DNA from: Botryllus schlosseri
Lineage: Eukaryota
NCBI GenBank assembly: GCA_051294905.1
Contig: CM119371.1
Coordinates: 7,752,001 to 7,816,000, forward strand
DNA: 64,000 nucleotides
Direction: 5' to 3'
Position 1 is the stretch's first letter. Each line of letters starts with the position of its first letter. The translations under genes and the position numbers were made by a program. Positions 61,976-64,000 of this stretch are shown here, in pieces. A model generated the notes under the pieces. The model saw only the letters and a list, made by a program, of their open reading frames with translations, was not told the origin of the DNA and did no database searches.

Positions 61976-62922
61976 GTAAGTAAATATTTCCTTATAGTAT
62001 ACTTGATGCTACAATCACCGCCGCTCAACTCGGCGTAGATAAACTGCAGAACCCTGTCAAAATAAGCGCATCTAGATCAGTGGTTCCTAAAATGTACGAC
62101 TTTGCCATAAAGCGGGGCCAAAGCGTATGAATGGGGCGTTGTATGGCGGCGAAAATATCGGTACGTTCAGTTGATATTGTTTAGTTTCTTGTTAAGGTCA
62201 ATATGTTATCGATAGATGTTAATATATAAGCGGTTAGATGCAAGGATCTCATGAATAAAAAATACATTGAAGCCGTTGATGTGCACCATGTGAACAAAAG
62301 TCCAGAATGACAAATTCTTGAAATGAGAAATTTCGGTGACATCCGCCTCGCTGTAGCGATGACATGTCATGTTTCATAGAACTGCGTAGCGTGTGTACTG
62401 TGTATAACTGGTTGCGCGCACATTTCTTTCATCATAGCATACTATCGTGGATGTGAGAGTCTGAGGTCTGGCGATGTTAATAAAACTCAGATTTGGGTTG
62501 CGTTCTAAAAAGTCTTGAGAGTCGTTGCATTACATAAATTGAGGTAATTTATGCATTCCGGAATGATGGCGCTATAATCCTGTGCGGGTCTCCCACGATT
62601 CGCCGATTCCCATCATAGTATTGCGTACAACGGACGGATGGGACAAGCTGGGCTCGTAAGTCGGTTGGGATTCGAATCGCGAAATTTTTTATGGAAATTC
62701 AAGGCTGGTTAGTCATAGTGCGTGGCAGCGAGTGATGGGCACAATGATACACGAGTACTCTGATCTGAATCCAGTTTCAGTTCTAAAGATTCGAGTTTGA
62801 GTACCGTAAATATATGGTCCCTGCCATGAGCGAAAATTATATCTGCCATGGTGTTTTTGTTTTCGTGGGAGAGTCTTAACCGCGATTTGTTGCATAGGAG
62901 CATATAAAATTATTATCTACAC

Positions 62923-64000
62923 CAGGGGTGGGCAAACTTTTGAGCTCGCGGGCCGCATTCAATATCCGAATCTATTGGCGGGCAGCACTATATAAAATTG
63001 GGATTATAAACCAAACGGCATATTGGTATTTGATTATATAGTGAGGACAAGGACATAATATATAAGCTTATTAAAAACAATCCAAACATTGCTTTGATGA
63101 TATCATACACGTGTCACAAACAGTGGCGAGATATCATAGGCTGGTCGACCTCAATAACCAATTTGTCAAAACTATAGAGATGGATGTCGGTTGTCCCGAT
63201 TCTTGGAAAAGGATTGAAATTTAAATCTGTAAGCAGCGATCCGTTAATTTTGCGCAGAGAACGAATCTACCTAAGGCACGCGCGAATCGTTTTTTATAAG
63301 CACATCACTGAAATAATTTAAACTGGAGTGGCCAATCTGAAATCACACTAGTGATCCAAATTATGTCAATCTCGTTCAGGATTTTTGTGATGTTTAGCAG
63401 TTGAAACTTTTCAAACTGAGGAGGCCTTGGGATCGGGATGTCGCGCCAGTAATTAAACATAAATGTGATATATATATATAGAGAGAGTCTTTGTTTTCAT
63501 CCAACCAAAATACATAACAAATGGCAGTGATGGTGGTACAGAAAATATGCATGCGCAGTATTCGGTATTAGATAGGAATGATCGATAAGACCGTGAAGGT
63601 CATCTAGTCTGATCACACCAGCATCAAACAGGTAAACTTGACTCTGAACAGTCAGGCTGTAAAAAATATTTAGTTAAAAAAGGAAAATAGAAGAAAAATT
63701 GAACGATGGTAGCAAATGATCAATGAAGCAATGTCTGGGCGAGGTCGGGCAACAGTGTTAGTATAACGACAGGAGGTTTCCAAGTATGATTGTAAAAGAG
63801 TTCGCCCCACCCCCCTTATCGTCACAAAACGCAACCAGGATGCTAGCAAACCTAGCAGATAGTTATATGGCATGGAAGGTTGCGACTTTAGATGATAGAC
63901 TTTCAAATATGAAATGCAGACTAAAAAGACAGAGCAAGAAGTATGAATGGGATATTGATAGCGCGAAGCGCGGAAGTTTTTTCAGTTGAGCTCAGCTTCG
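62923..64000. mobile_element. Second copy of the 47931-48789 MITE, running off the window
   Basis: CAGGGGTGGGCAAACTTTTGAGCTCGCGGGCCGC start; aligns with 47931-48540, then ~545 bp extra, and resumes at ttttcagttgagctcagcttcg. Confidence 0.88.

Overview
Eukaryotic (animal) genomic DNA, AT-rich and intron-rich, with a very high density of non-autonomous DNA transposons. The repeat style and GPCR type suggest a marine invertebrate such as an ascidian, but that is inference only. No prokaryotic operons, rRNA or CRISPR arrays are visible, and almost all ORFs in the supplied track are spurious or are exon plus intron read-through. Three spliced + strand genes can be built by hand from GT-AG sites and reading phase. 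(1) An unrecognised ~523-aa acidic, low-complexity protein with one C-terminal transmembrane segment (CDS 3997-23491, 12 coding exons). All its internal exons are symmetric phase 1-1, and it contains a recently triplicated two-exon cassette whose copies differ almost only by amino-acid-changing substitutions. (2) A complete 8-exon, 373-aa class A GPCR with LRL in place of DRY (28616-46575). (3) A diverged paralogue of gene 1 starting at ~52.5 kb, with a shared promoter/first-intron layout, that runs off the window. Introns and intergenic DNA hold more than 20 hAT-type MITEs with readable 8-bp TSDs (often nested), two internally deleted hAT transposase relics, a Mutator-like element with a 9-bp TSD, a 619-bp near-perfect foldback element, a 5'-truncated I-group LINE and possible tRNA-derived SINE heads.
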